From an uncultured Methanolobus sp. (GTDB lineage: Archaea; Halobacteriota; Methanosarcinia; Methanosarcinales; Methanosarcinaceae): 64,000 nucleotides of DNA. Of the stretch, positions 10,956 to 19,612 are shown piece by piece. A program made the translations under genes and the position numbers. The stretch is from the NCBI GenBank assembly GCA_963675495.1, contig OY776215.1, positions 1 to 64,000 on the forward strand. Direction: 5' to 3'. Under the pieces are notes generated by a model. That model worked only from the letters and a program-made list of their open reading frames with translations, did not search any database and was not told the DNA's origin. The first letter of the stretch is position 1. The number at the start of each line of letters is the position of its first letter.

Positions 10956-10983
10956 TGTTTGTTGTTTGACATTTCCAACCAAT
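10956..10983. promoter_or_regulatory. Conserved operator-like element upstream of archaellin 2 (copy 2)
   Basis: tgtttgttgtttgacatttccaaccaa, matching 8230-8256, just 5' of a TATA-like tract. Confidence 0.65.
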
Positions 10984-11049
10984 TAATATATATATTATTG
11001 AATGTTATAATAAAGCATCCATATATTTGGATTTATAGGAGGATATTAC

Positions 11050-11862
11050 ATGAAAGCAAATAAAAGATTAATAATGAAAAAAGATACACGTGCCCAGGTG
11101 GGAATTGGTACTCTTATCATATTCATCGCAATGGTGCTCGTTGCAGCAGTTGCAGCTGCTGTGCTTATTCAGACTTCCGGTGTACTTCAGCAAAAAGCTC
11201 AGTCCACAGGAAAGCAGGCAACTCAGGAAGTTTCATCTAACCTGATGGTTAAGAGTGTAGAAGGCATTCGTTCCAAAGACTCAGCTGTAGTTATGTCTTC
11301 CACAGTAGATATCCTTAAGCTCAAAGTGGGGCTTAATGTTGGAAGTGCTCCGGTAGATGTAAATCAGGTAGTTGTTTCAATTACCGATGGTACTACTGCA
11401 AATAATCTTGTATATGCAGGAAACGAGAAATCCTATGCTTCCCCTGGATCAAATAATGGTGATATGGATAATTTCAGTTCTTCAGATACTGCTAAGAATC
11501 TGTTAACTCTTCTGACTGGTGCAACCAATATAACCAGTGAATTTAACAATTCTGACCACTATTATTCTGTAGAGAAGATTCGTGATGAAGATGGATCATT
11601 CTCTCAAACCAATCCTGTAATGAATTCAGGAGATCTAATCACTTTATATATTGCAACGACATCTGATGGAGCTGCTAGTGCAGCATACGATTACGTAGGT
11701 AGTTCAAATGTATCGAGTGGACTTACTCGATCAGGTCTCAATCTTGCAACAAGAGTGCCTGTCAATATAGTCCTTACTCCTGAATCAGGTGCTGCAACTA
11801 CGACTGAGTTCATTACTCCGTCATCCTATGGTGTGAAGGAAACAGTACAGCTTTATCCATAA
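11050..11862 (+). CDS. flaB: Archaellin (FlaB/ArlB family), 270 aa
   Basis: TRA/QVGIGTLIIFIAMVLVAAVAA class III signal; RBS aggagga. Confidence 0.95.
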   Translation: MKANKRLIMKKDTRAQVGIGTLIIFIAMVLVAAVAAAVLIQTSGVLQQKAQSTGKQATQEVSSNLMVKSVEGIRSKDSAVVMSSTVDILKLKVGLNVGSAPVDVNQVVVSITDGTTANNLVYAGNEKSYASPGSNNGDMDNFSSSDTAKNLLTLLTGATNITSEFNNSDHYYSVEKIRDEDGSFSQTNPVMNSGDLITLYIATTSDGAASAAYDYVGSSNVSSGLTRSGLNLATRVPVNIVLTPESGAATTTEFITPSSYGVKETVQLYP

Positions 11863-11917
11863 TATAATTAGATATGCAGTGATAACTCATTGCATATTTT
11901 TATATTTAGGAGTTCTC

Positions 11918-12697
11918 ATGAATTCTGATGTAAAGCTTTTAAAGAATAACACTGCCCAGGTGGGCATTGGTACCCTTATTATTTTCATAGCTATGGTTCT
12001 GATTGCTGCAGTTGCTGCATCGGTACTTATCCAGATTTCTGGTGTACTGCAGCAACAGGCTCAATCTACCGGTAAACAGGCAACTCAGGAAGTATCATCG
12101 AATCTTATTGTAAAAAGTATAGAGGGCGTACGTGCCAAGAATTCGTCAACAGTCATGGCTTCTAGGATCTCACTTTTAAAGGTGAAAGTTGGATTGAATG
12201 TGGGAAGCTCTCCAGTTGATCTGAATCAGTTGATAATAACTTTGTCAGATGGTTCCAACACAAATGATCTTCTATATGGTAATAATGATAAAACATATGG
12301 TAATTCCATGGATAATTTTTCGTCATCTGCGTCAGCAAGTGCAAATTTGGGTTATCTGTTGAATGGCACACAGGCAAATCCCGGGGATAATGGTAGGTAT
12401 TTCTTCACCGTTCAAAAGATGAGGGATGAAGACCTTTCATTCTCTCAGAGCAATCCGATAATGAACACAGGGGATTTGGTGACAATATATATATCCGTTG
12501 TTTCTGATAGTGACCTTTCTTACACGACAATAGGTGAGATATCTACTTCAGGAAATCAGAAAGATTCTAATCTCGATGTTGCACCTCGTGCTTCTGTTAG
12601 CATAGTAATGACTCCAGAAGCTGGAGCTATGACGATTGCGGAATTTATTACTCCATCTTCATATGGTACCAGAGAAACTATACAATTATATCCATAA
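11918..12697 (+). CDS. flaB: Archaellin (FlaB/ArlB family)
   Basis: NTA/QVGIGTLIIFIAMVLIAAVAA; RBS aggag before ATG 11918. Confidence 0.94.
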   Translation: MNSDVKLLKNNTAQVGIGTLIIFIAMVLIAAVAASVLIQISGVLQQQAQSTGKQATQEVSSNLIVKSIEGVRAKNSSTVMASRISLLKVKVGLNVGSSPVDLNQLIITLSDGSNTNDLLYGNNDKTYGNSMDNFSSSASASANLGYLLNGTQANPGDNGRYFFTVQKMRDEDLSFSQSNPIMNTGDLVTIYISVVSDSDLSYTTIGEISTSGNQKDSNLDVAPRASVSIVMTPEAGAMTIAEFITPSSYGTRETIQLYP

Positions 12698-12724
12698 GGT
12701 GATCATATTCGCCTTTACTTTTTG
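12696..12724 (+). terminator. Weak hairpin/U-tract after archaellin 3, homologous to the one after archaellin 1
   Basis: aaggtga-tcatat-tcgcctt followed by T-rich sequence. Confidence 0.45.
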
Positions 12725-12733
12725 AGGGATGGT

Positions 12734-13405
12734 ATGTCAGAAAAGATTCTTTTAACACTCTTTATTGTGATCTCATTATCTTTCATTTCAAATGTAGCGG
12801 CTGAAGCCTCATTTACGAACGATTTAAATATTCAGGATACGTCAATTGATTTTGTCATCAATGAATTCTACACTGGTGTTGATGCAGATGCTTTCAGGAC
12901 CAGTTTGGATGTTGACGAAAATGGTGAAGTCAGCACTCTTGAAGTAGATATGTTCGTAACTGAGTTTACAGCAAGTAATAGTGGTCAATACCTCGGGTAT
13001 ATTATTATTGACGATGGCGATGTACCTCTATCAATAAGCTCTTTTAACCTTGAATTGATGGGTGCTGCAGGCTCTATGGGCAGTTCTGAAATACGTGTTC
13101 AAACTAATATACGCTATAACTTATCAACTTCTTTGGCAACAGGTAAACATAGTGTATGGATGCTTGGGCATCCCTCTATAGAACGCATGTCAATTTCCAT
13201 TCCAAAAGGCATACAATTCTTAAATGTTGATGGGTTGGATTACCTCATGCAAAGCAGGAATGATGGTCGGGTGCTACTTGAAGGTAGTAGTGGAATACGG
13301 TCTTATATGACAGAAGGACGCCAAACATTCGAGTATGCTGTTTTAATCGATATTTATAAGTCTTCTTTTGTTGCAGACTTATCTTTATTTTCTTCTTTAT
13401 TTTGA
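12734..13405 (+). CDS. Secreted hypothetical protein with EF-hand-like Ca-binding loop
   Basis: Signal peptide ending NVAA; LDVDENGEVSTLEV loop; beta-rich body. Confidence 0.7.
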   Translation: MSEKILLTLFIVISLSFISNVAAEASFTNDLNIQDTSIDFVINEFYTGVDADAFRTSLDVDENGEVSTLEVDMFVTEFTASNSGQYLGYIIIDDGDVPLSISSFNLELMGAAGSMGSSEIRVQTNIRYNLSTSLATGKHSVWMLGHPSIERMSISIPKGIQFLNVDGLDYLMQSRNDGRVLLEGSSGIRSYMTEGRQTFEYAVLIDIYKSSFVADLSLFSSLF

Positions 13406-13513
13406 TGGCAATTTTTTGAGAACATAATATATATTTATATAATAGATATAATTAAGTACTATGTACATATTATATTAAGTTGATAATAATATTTTCTTAC
13501 CTCAGGTGCTTAA

Positions 13514-14464
13514 ATGAAATACAAGTATTGCTCTCTGATCCTATTATTCGTTATCCTTATTAGTATATATAGCAGTGGTTGTGTCAGTAAATCTACTGAA
13601 GAAGATGTTCCTTTGAAAGTGCTTGACTTTTTAAATGCTGTCAATGAAGGTGATTATAATACTGCTTTTAATATGTATCAGGGTAAGGATTTTCTCGCAA
13701 CAGCAAGTATTAAGATGATTTTTGAGAATAAGGGCATAGAACCAGGAAGTCTTGCAGAGGTTAATATTGTTTCTCAGGATGTCGTTGATAAACTTGCTAT
13801 TGTGAAAGTTGAATGCTCAGTGTCCACACTTGATCTATCAGGAAATGCAAAAGGTGCTAATATAGTCCCTATTTATTTCAGGTTACAGAACAGTGAAGTA
13901 GGCTGGGTGATTACACGGGTTTCTTTCACTGTACCTCTTACTCTTGAAAATTCAGAGGTTGTTACTATTGAGGTTGAAAGCACATCAATTGATGTAATTG
14001 TTGATAATGCTCCACTTATAAGTGTATTCGCTTTTGCCATGCTTGGGTCAGGGGTTTATCTGGACAAAAAAGATAAAGCTAAGAAAAAGGAAAATAGCCG
14101 TTCAATAGATGTTTCTGGTGCAGTTCCTATGCAAAAAGAGGCTATTGCGCAATATGTAAGGTTTGTCCCGGCACAACAGGTTACTGTTGGTAATGCTACA
14201 AGTATTGATGTCTGGGTCAAGAATTTTACTCAAAAACCCTATGTTAATTTTGCAATGAAAGCTAAATTTGGCAGTTCTCTTGAGGTGGAGAAAGTAGATC
14301 TCTTTTTTGATAACATTGCTCCAGGTGAAACTGCAAAAAGGACATGGATAGTAAAACCTAAACTTGCTGGCTGGGCATCCATCGAAGAGCCAACTGTGGT
14401 ATTCGAGTACATGGATACAAAATACATTGGTGTGCTTGATCCTGTATGGTTGCAGGTCCAATGA
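13514..14464 (+). CDS. Putative lipoprotein: NTF2-like domain, TM helix, C-terminal Ig-like domain
   Basis: Lipobox-like SSGC; FLNAVNEGDYNTAFNM...GWVITRV (NTF2/DUF4878-like); TM ISVFAFAMLGSGVYL followed by basic DKKDKAKKK; VWVKN...IAPGETAKRTWIV (CARDB/Ig-like). Confidence 0.65.
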   Translation: MKYKYCSLILLFVILISIYSSGCVSKSTEEDVPLKVLDFLNAVNEGDYNTAFNMYQGKDFLATASIKMIFENKGIEPGSLAEVNIVSQDVVDKLAIVKVECSVSTLDLSGNAKGANIVPIYFRLQNSEVGWVITRVSFTVPLTLENSEVVTIEVESTSIDVIVDNAPLISVFAFAMLGSGVYLDKKDKAKKKENSRSIDVSGAVPMQKEAIAQYVRFVPAQQVTVGNATSIDVWVKNFTQKPYVNFAMKAKFGSSLEVEKVDLFFDNIAPGETAKRTWIVKPKLAGWASIEEPTVVFEYMDTKYIGVLDPVWLQVQ

Positions 14465-14482
14465 TAATTGGGGATGAGCTGA

Positions 14483-15886
14483 TTGTTATCAGATAATAAT
14501 GAAACAGGAGATTCTTCAAAGAAAGTTTCTCAGGATATTAATCATGGAACTTCTTTTCAGGAAATAGATCCGGCTACGTTATTCAGATTAAAAGAAGCTG
14601 AAATGCACAATGCTGAAATGGAATCCAGATTATTTACATTCGAGGACAGGTTCACTGAGCTTCAAACAAGAAATGATTTCAATCAGTCCTCCAAAAGGCT
14701 GAAATGTGTTGTTCAGGCAGAAGATTCGGTAAATGCAGAATCTTTTGATGCAACAAAAGTACCTCATGATGTCCTTGAAATCACTTATGCAAAAACCCTA
14801 AATGATGTTTATGCTGCCATGCTTGGTATATACGGTGACAGTGAAGCTGCTGAGATGGTGGAAGATGCCAGGGACAGTGTTCGCCAGTTCAGTGCGGGGA
14901 TTGATTTTTTCAGGTTTGAAGATGATTCTTTTGTAATAAGAGGTCTTTCTGAAGCTATATCTTCTAAAATAGTCTCTGTAAAACAAATACATGGGACCTA
15001 TATAGAATTATTTAAAATACTTTTCCAGTATGTCCCTAATTATAATTCACAGGATTTTTGCTCATTTGTTGAAACAGGTAACCGGGAATACACAATTAAA
15101 AAAGTAGTATTTCATGAAGGGCGTATTGATAAGATAATTTCTGATATTGACACCTTCAGGGATGAAATATCGAATATCACGGAAAATGTTAGTTTTATAG
15201 CTGAATTGCAAAATAACCAGCTTGAAGAAACAGCTTCTAATTCCCAGGAACTCAATGAGCTCAGGGAACAGATGAAGAGTGTATCAAAGGCTGTCAATCT
15301 GCATACCAAGGCAATAAATAAGCTGAGTAAAACTCTTGCTGAATTTCAGAGCTTCCCAACTGCAGAAAGCCGTGTTTTGGAAGTTCCTGATGTTCCTGAT
15401 CTATCCAGAATAGAGGAAATAGTGGTCACGAAAGCAGACAGGGATGAAATACTGACAATGTCTGGTGAGATGGAATCTTTCAAAGCCAACGTGGAAAATA
15501 TGTTCTCTACAATACAGCAACAACTTCAGGAGAGCATGACAAGCTCCCAAAAATTAAGTGGAATAGAGGCCGGTTTATCTGAAGTGCAGGGAGGACTTCA
15601 TACTCTAAATGTTATAGAAGAATCAAAACCCATAGCTGTTGAAGAAGAACCAAAACCCATAAAACTTTCTGAAATGCCGATAGAGGATGCAATTACCGGT
15701 CAACTATCTATTCTTGGTTCTGCAACCCTCAAGCAACTTGAAAAACAGATAAAAGAAAATGGATTTTCAATCGATTTCGAAAAGTTATCACTTGTAATGG
15801 CATATCTGGAACAGGAGCAACTGGTTAGTTCCACAAAAAAAGGAAGGTACACTTTCTATTCAGTTACAGAAATTGTGAATGTTTAA
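14483..15886 (+). CDS. Coiled-coil protein with C-terminal winged-helix domain
   Basis: 467-aa ORF (TTG start, exact start uncertain); long heptad-rich middle; C-terminus ATLKQLEKQI...LEQEQLVSSTKKGRYTFYSV. Confidence 0.7.
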   Translation: MLSDNNETGDSSKKVSQDINHGTSFQEIDPATLFRLKEAEMHNAEMESRLFTFEDRFTELQTRNDFNQSSKRLKCVVQAEDSVNAESFDATKVPHDVLEITYAKTLNDVYAAMLGIYGDSEAAEMVEDARDSVRQFSAGIDFFRFEDDSFVIRGLSEAISSKIVSVKQIHGTYIELFKILFQYVPNYNSQDFCSFVETGNREYTIKKVVFHEGRIDKIISDIDTFRDEISNITENVSFIAELQNNQLEETASNSQELNELREQMKSVSKAVNLHTKAINKLSKTLAEFQSFPTAESRVLEVPDVPDLSRIEEIVVTKADRDEILTMSGEMESFKANVENMFSTIQQQLQESMTSSQKLSGIEAGLSEVQGGLHTLNVIEESKPIAVEEEPKPIKLSEMPIEDAITGQLSILGSATLKQLEKQIKENGFSIDFEKLSLVMAYLEQEQLVSSTKKGRYTFYSVTEIVNV

Positions 15887-16613
15887 GAAAACAGATGATC
15901 AAAAATGTTAGTTGAAGGTTTGAATATGCTGCACATGGCTGAAATGTCAGCTATGGTATATTAGAAAATAGCTCATCGATAGATTCGCTCAATATAGATA
16001 TTGGACAATCTAATAATGTTGGTTTTAATTATTTCCACAATAAGTTTGGGATGTCTTGCGACTTTTTGCTTAAGAGCTCAATAAATTCCGGTCACTCTCT
16101 TTTTATAGCTGTTTAGGTTTCAGATCATCTTCTGGGTTTTGCACGATTTGAAAAAATATCATAAGAAACTAAGAAGACCTACAGGGGTAAAACTAACATT
16201 GTCAATTATTCTGTTCATCTGCTCAGGAGTATAGAGATACATCCGGCTCATCGGCATGTATGCATAGGACGTTTGTTGTTCTCAATCGCTGTCAAAAACT
16301 TGAAAATCAACATTATAACGTTGCCTGATAACTCAGGAGCAGCTAATTTCTTTAAAGGAAAACTCAAATTCCAACTACTAAACCCAAGTAACAATGGCCT
16401 TTCTTCCAGATACAAGGATTATCTGATATTTCCATATCCACGTGCTAAAAATATGTTAAAGACAATAGCTGTGAATTATCCACGAGTAGTTATGCCTGAG
16501 CTTATAGGCAGATATGAGTCCCTGAAGTTTAAATCTAATATGGGCAAGTCTATATCAAAGAAAGATGTCAGCGTGAAGGCAATCACTTTGAATTATTTGC
16601 TTATCCTATTAAT

Positions 16614-17300
16614 TTAAAGGATAATTCCATTTTCTGTGATGCTGAATTTATGCTTTCCCATGGTAAAATCACTTCCTCTTTCCTTGATGATCTCAAGATA
16701 CCTTTGTGCAGTTTTTTCTTCACTTTCAGAATCAAGCGAAATTACTGTATCAAACATGTATGGCCATACGCTGGAGTTTATGCTTGACGCAGGTATCTCG
16801 GCGGTGGCCATTAGCAGCATGTTACTTTCATCGAATTCCTGAAACAGATTCAGGACAAATGATCTTAACTCACATTTATAGAAAGGCCTCTCATCAAATG
16901 TACTTTCAATATCTTCCATAATGTTTATAGCATCTATGACGACTCTTGATATTTCATGTTTAAGTATATTCTCATTAAAATATTCAAATATAGCAAAGTC
17001 TCCTTTAGCAACCACATCTGAATTAATGGAACAGATCTTTATTTTATCATTTATCAGATCATCATCATAAAATGAAAACGAGGATAAAGCCCGGATAATT
17101 TTATCTTCGGGTTCTGAGAGCAAAGATACATAAGCACAATTTTCTCCCTGATTTGCTGCATTGAACAACGATTGCATACACATGTTTGTTTTGCCGGTTC
17201 CGCATGAACCTGCAATAAGGATTGATGATGGCTTTATATACCCCCCATGAAGAAGCTTATCAAGCTTTTCGATATATGATGGGGTTCTCTTATTTTCCAT
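16614..17300 (-). CDS. KaiC/RAD55 (RecA-superfamily) ATPase, single domain
   Basis: LDKLLHGG, Walker A GSCGTGKT, Walker B RVVIDAI, RYLEIIKERGS (K.RG finger). Confidence 0.9.
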   Translation of the reverse strand: MENKRTPSYIEKLDKLLHGGYIKPSSILIAGSCGTGKTNMCMQSLFNAANQGENCAYVSLLSEPEDKIIRALSSFSFYDDDLINDKIKICSINSDVVAKGDFAIFEYFNENILKHEISRVVIDAINIMEDIESTFDERPFYKCELRSFVLNLFQEFDESNMLLMATAEIPASSINSSVWPYMFDTVISLDSESEEKTAQRYLEIIKERGSDFTMGKHKFSITENGIIL

Positions 17301-17460
17301 TGGTTTCGTTTACGCTTTGATATTTTATAAATTTGTCGTAAATCTAAAAAATATTGAATAATTATTAGTTGCTATTGCCAAATGTATTTGAGCAACTTTA
17401 TATATTATCAGTTCAATTAAATTGAATATAAAAAAAATCACTTTTCTTATGTTGATAATC

Positions 17461-17868
17461 ATGTCTGACCTGCATAATAACAATAGAATTTTAACATATC
17501 TTGAAGATATGAACGAGCGTTTGAAATCGCTTGAATTACGTATAGCTGAGCTTGAATCTCGTAATTCTCCGCAGATCAATGATAAAATGGCTGTTTTTCT
17601 CACAGTTCCTGATTCTATCCGCAAATCTTTATTTGCTGTTTCTAAACTGAAATCTTGTACAGCAGATGAGGTTAGTGCGATAACAGGAAGACATCGTTCA
17701 ATAGAAAACAAGTATCTTAATGAGCTTTACAGGGCCGGATGGCTTGAAAGAGAACGAAAAGGTAAAAAAATATACTATTCACTAAGTAAAAAAACAGATA
17801 GTACAAACGATGAACATTGGTCTGCAGTAGAAGAAGTCGGAAATAAACTTGACAGGTTACTGGGGTGA
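17461..17868 (+). CDS. Coiled-coil plus winged-helix transcription regulator
   Basis: N-terminal RLKSLELRIAELE; TADEVSAITGRHRSIENKYLNELYRAGWLERERKGKKIYYSL. Confidence 0.8.
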   Translation: MSDLHNNNRILTYLEDMNERLKSLELRIAELESRNSPQINDKMAVFLTVPDSIRKSLFAVSKLKSCTADEVSAITGRHRSIENKYLNELYRAGWLERERKGKKIYYSLSKKTDSTNDEHWSAVEEVGNKLDRLLG

Positions 17869-18599
17869 GTTCAATGTTATTAAGTTTTCATTCTTATAAG
17901 GGTGGTACCGGCAAGACTACTTTTGTTGGGAACCTTGCTATTATGCTGGCTCAGCAGGGTAGGAAAGTGTGTATCATCGACACTGATGTAAACGGACCGG
18001 GTATACATTCGTTGTTCGACATCAGGTACGATATGACGCTAATTGATTTTCTTCAGGGGGCTTGCAGTGCTGAAGATGTCGTTTACAGGTATGATGATAC
18101 TAAAGTTTACATTGTTCCTTCTAAAGCGTGTGAGGAGGATATCTCTGCCATGTTCCACACTCCTGGCGAAGCCCGGGAAAAATTGCTGGAACTTATTAAG
18201 AAAATAGGTAAAAAGTTCGACATCGATCATTTCCTGTTCGACTGCAGTCCAGGTATCAATAAGTCCAGTCTTCTCACTATGAATATAGTTGACAAGGCGA
18301 CAATTGTATCAACAATTGATATTCAGGATATTAGAGGCACTTATCTTTTATCAAGTATGTCGGCTAAACTGGGAACTCAGGCAGTTCTTCTTTTTAATAG
18401 GATCCCACTGGAAAAAAGAGACGACATAAATGAGATAATTACTGACTTTAGTAAGAAGCTTGGCACAGAGCTTTTAGGAATTATCTCCTATGATGAGTCC
18501 GTAGCAAGAACATGGTCACGAAAAATACCTATGAAGGACAATCCGGATTGCCAATATTGTACCCAATTAAAAATGGTGGCAGAAAAATTACTCAAATAG
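17865..18599 (+). CDS. MinD/ParA family ATPase
   Basis: Deviant Walker A KGGTGKTT, IDTD, DCSPG, FNRI; overlaps regulator stop by 4 nt. Confidence 0.92.
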   Translation: MSSMLLSFHSYKGGTGKTTFVGNLAIMLAQQGRKVCIIDTDVNGPGIHSLFDIRYDMTLIDFLQGACSAEDVVYRYDDTKVYIVPSKACEEDISAMFHTPGEAREKLLELIKKIGKKFDIDHFLFDCSPGINKSSLLTMNIVDKATIVSTIDIQDIRGTYLLSSMSAKLGTQAVLLFNRIPLEKRDDINEIITDFSKKLGTELLGIISYDESVARTWSRKIPMKDNPDCQYCTQLKMVAEKLLK

Positions 18600-18613
18600 A
18601 AAAATAAGTCTCA

Positions 18614-19342
18614 TTACATAGAGGTTCTGTATTCTTCAATACTCTGACCCACAATTCTGTCAAGTTCTTTTTTTTCTTCCTGTGTCAGGCTGAAGATTTC
18701 TTTTATTTTATTTATGTCATTTTGCATGTAAGGCTCAAGATATAATCCCTCTTCATTTAGATGATACTTTATGTCAATGAGATCATCACTCATTTTTTTA
18801 ATTCTTTTGTCCTTCAGTACAAATGTATTTTCAAAGAATTGCATGATCTCATTTCTTATTAGGGAATTTGTTTCATCTGCCCTGATCATACTTATTGCCG
18901 GACTCTTTCTTTCCCTACTTTTGCGAAGCAGTACTGAAAGAAAATTAATATATGGTTTGTTTTGTTCATGCTTTAGGTTAGTCAGGTCTTCAATAAATAT
19001 CATATGTCTGCTTTTTGAAATTAATTTTTCAACTTTAATCAGGGCACTGGTAAAATTTCTGAATACATGGATATAAGCAACGCTATCTAAATCTGCATAA
19101 TTATCTTTTTCGTTTTCATTCCAATAGATTTTGATAACTGGCAAAGGTTCCTTCTTTTTCATTTCTTGTATGATCTTCTCTGTAAGTTCTGATACTTTTT
19201 GATCATTGTCATAGCAAAAAATGGAGTTTGTTTCCTTAATTAGGGAAAGGAAATTTACCAATGTTTGATTTTGATTATTAGTGCCCATTTTAATCTTTGT
19301 CGCAGTCATTTTATTAATCGCTATGTATAATATTACTGTCAT
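18614..19342 (-). CDS. Hypothetical protein, probably an inactivated KaiC/RecA-like ATPase
   Basis: IFIEDLTNL (Walker B-like), ..LRKSRE..., FFENTFVL pattern, no Walker A; start may be ATG 19288 or 19309. Confidence 0.55.
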   Translation of the reverse strand: MTVILYIAINKMTATKIKMGTNNQNQTLVNFLSLIKETNSIFCYDNDQKVSELTEKIIQEMKKKEPLPVIKIYWNENEKDNYADLDSVAYIHVFRNFTSALIKVEKLISKSRHMIFIEDLTNLKHEQNKPYINFLSVLLRKSRERKSPAISMIRADETNSLIRNEIMQFFENTFVLKDKRIKKMSDDLIDIKYHLNEEGLYLEPYMQNDINKIKEIFSLTQEEKKELDRIVGQSIEEYRTSM

Positions 19343-19486
19343 GGGTAGGATTTATAGCTTTCTAAATAATCCTGTAAATATCAATAGTTTCAATGTTTTG
19401 TGAGTCTAATTTAAACTATATATTCAAGAATTTATTCCCGAAAAGGTTAATACCTATTGCAGCAGATTTATTTTGAGGTGTTTCGT

Positions 19487-19612
19487 ATGTCAAAGTTCCA
19501 TAAAAGAGATTATGAACGTAAAGGTGAGAAGAAAAACGAAGAACTAGATGCAAAATTGTTGCAGGACAACCTCAAAGATCTAAGGTCCACGGATGGTGAG
19601 GTCACAGATTGA
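19487..19612 (+). CDS. Small charged protein (41 aa), unannotated
   Basis: RBS gaggtg; MSKFHKRDYERKGEKKNEELDAKLLQDNLKDLRSTDGEVTD; TGA overlaps next TTG start. Confidence 0.55.
   Translation: MSKFHKRDYERKGEKKNEELDAKLLQDNLKDLRSTDGEVTD

Noticed and set aside
16614-17300. Calling the ATPase flaH or a circadian kaiC
   Set aside because: Single domain, no flaI/flaJ or kaiB neighbours, and no KaiC phosphosites; only the family-level call is supported
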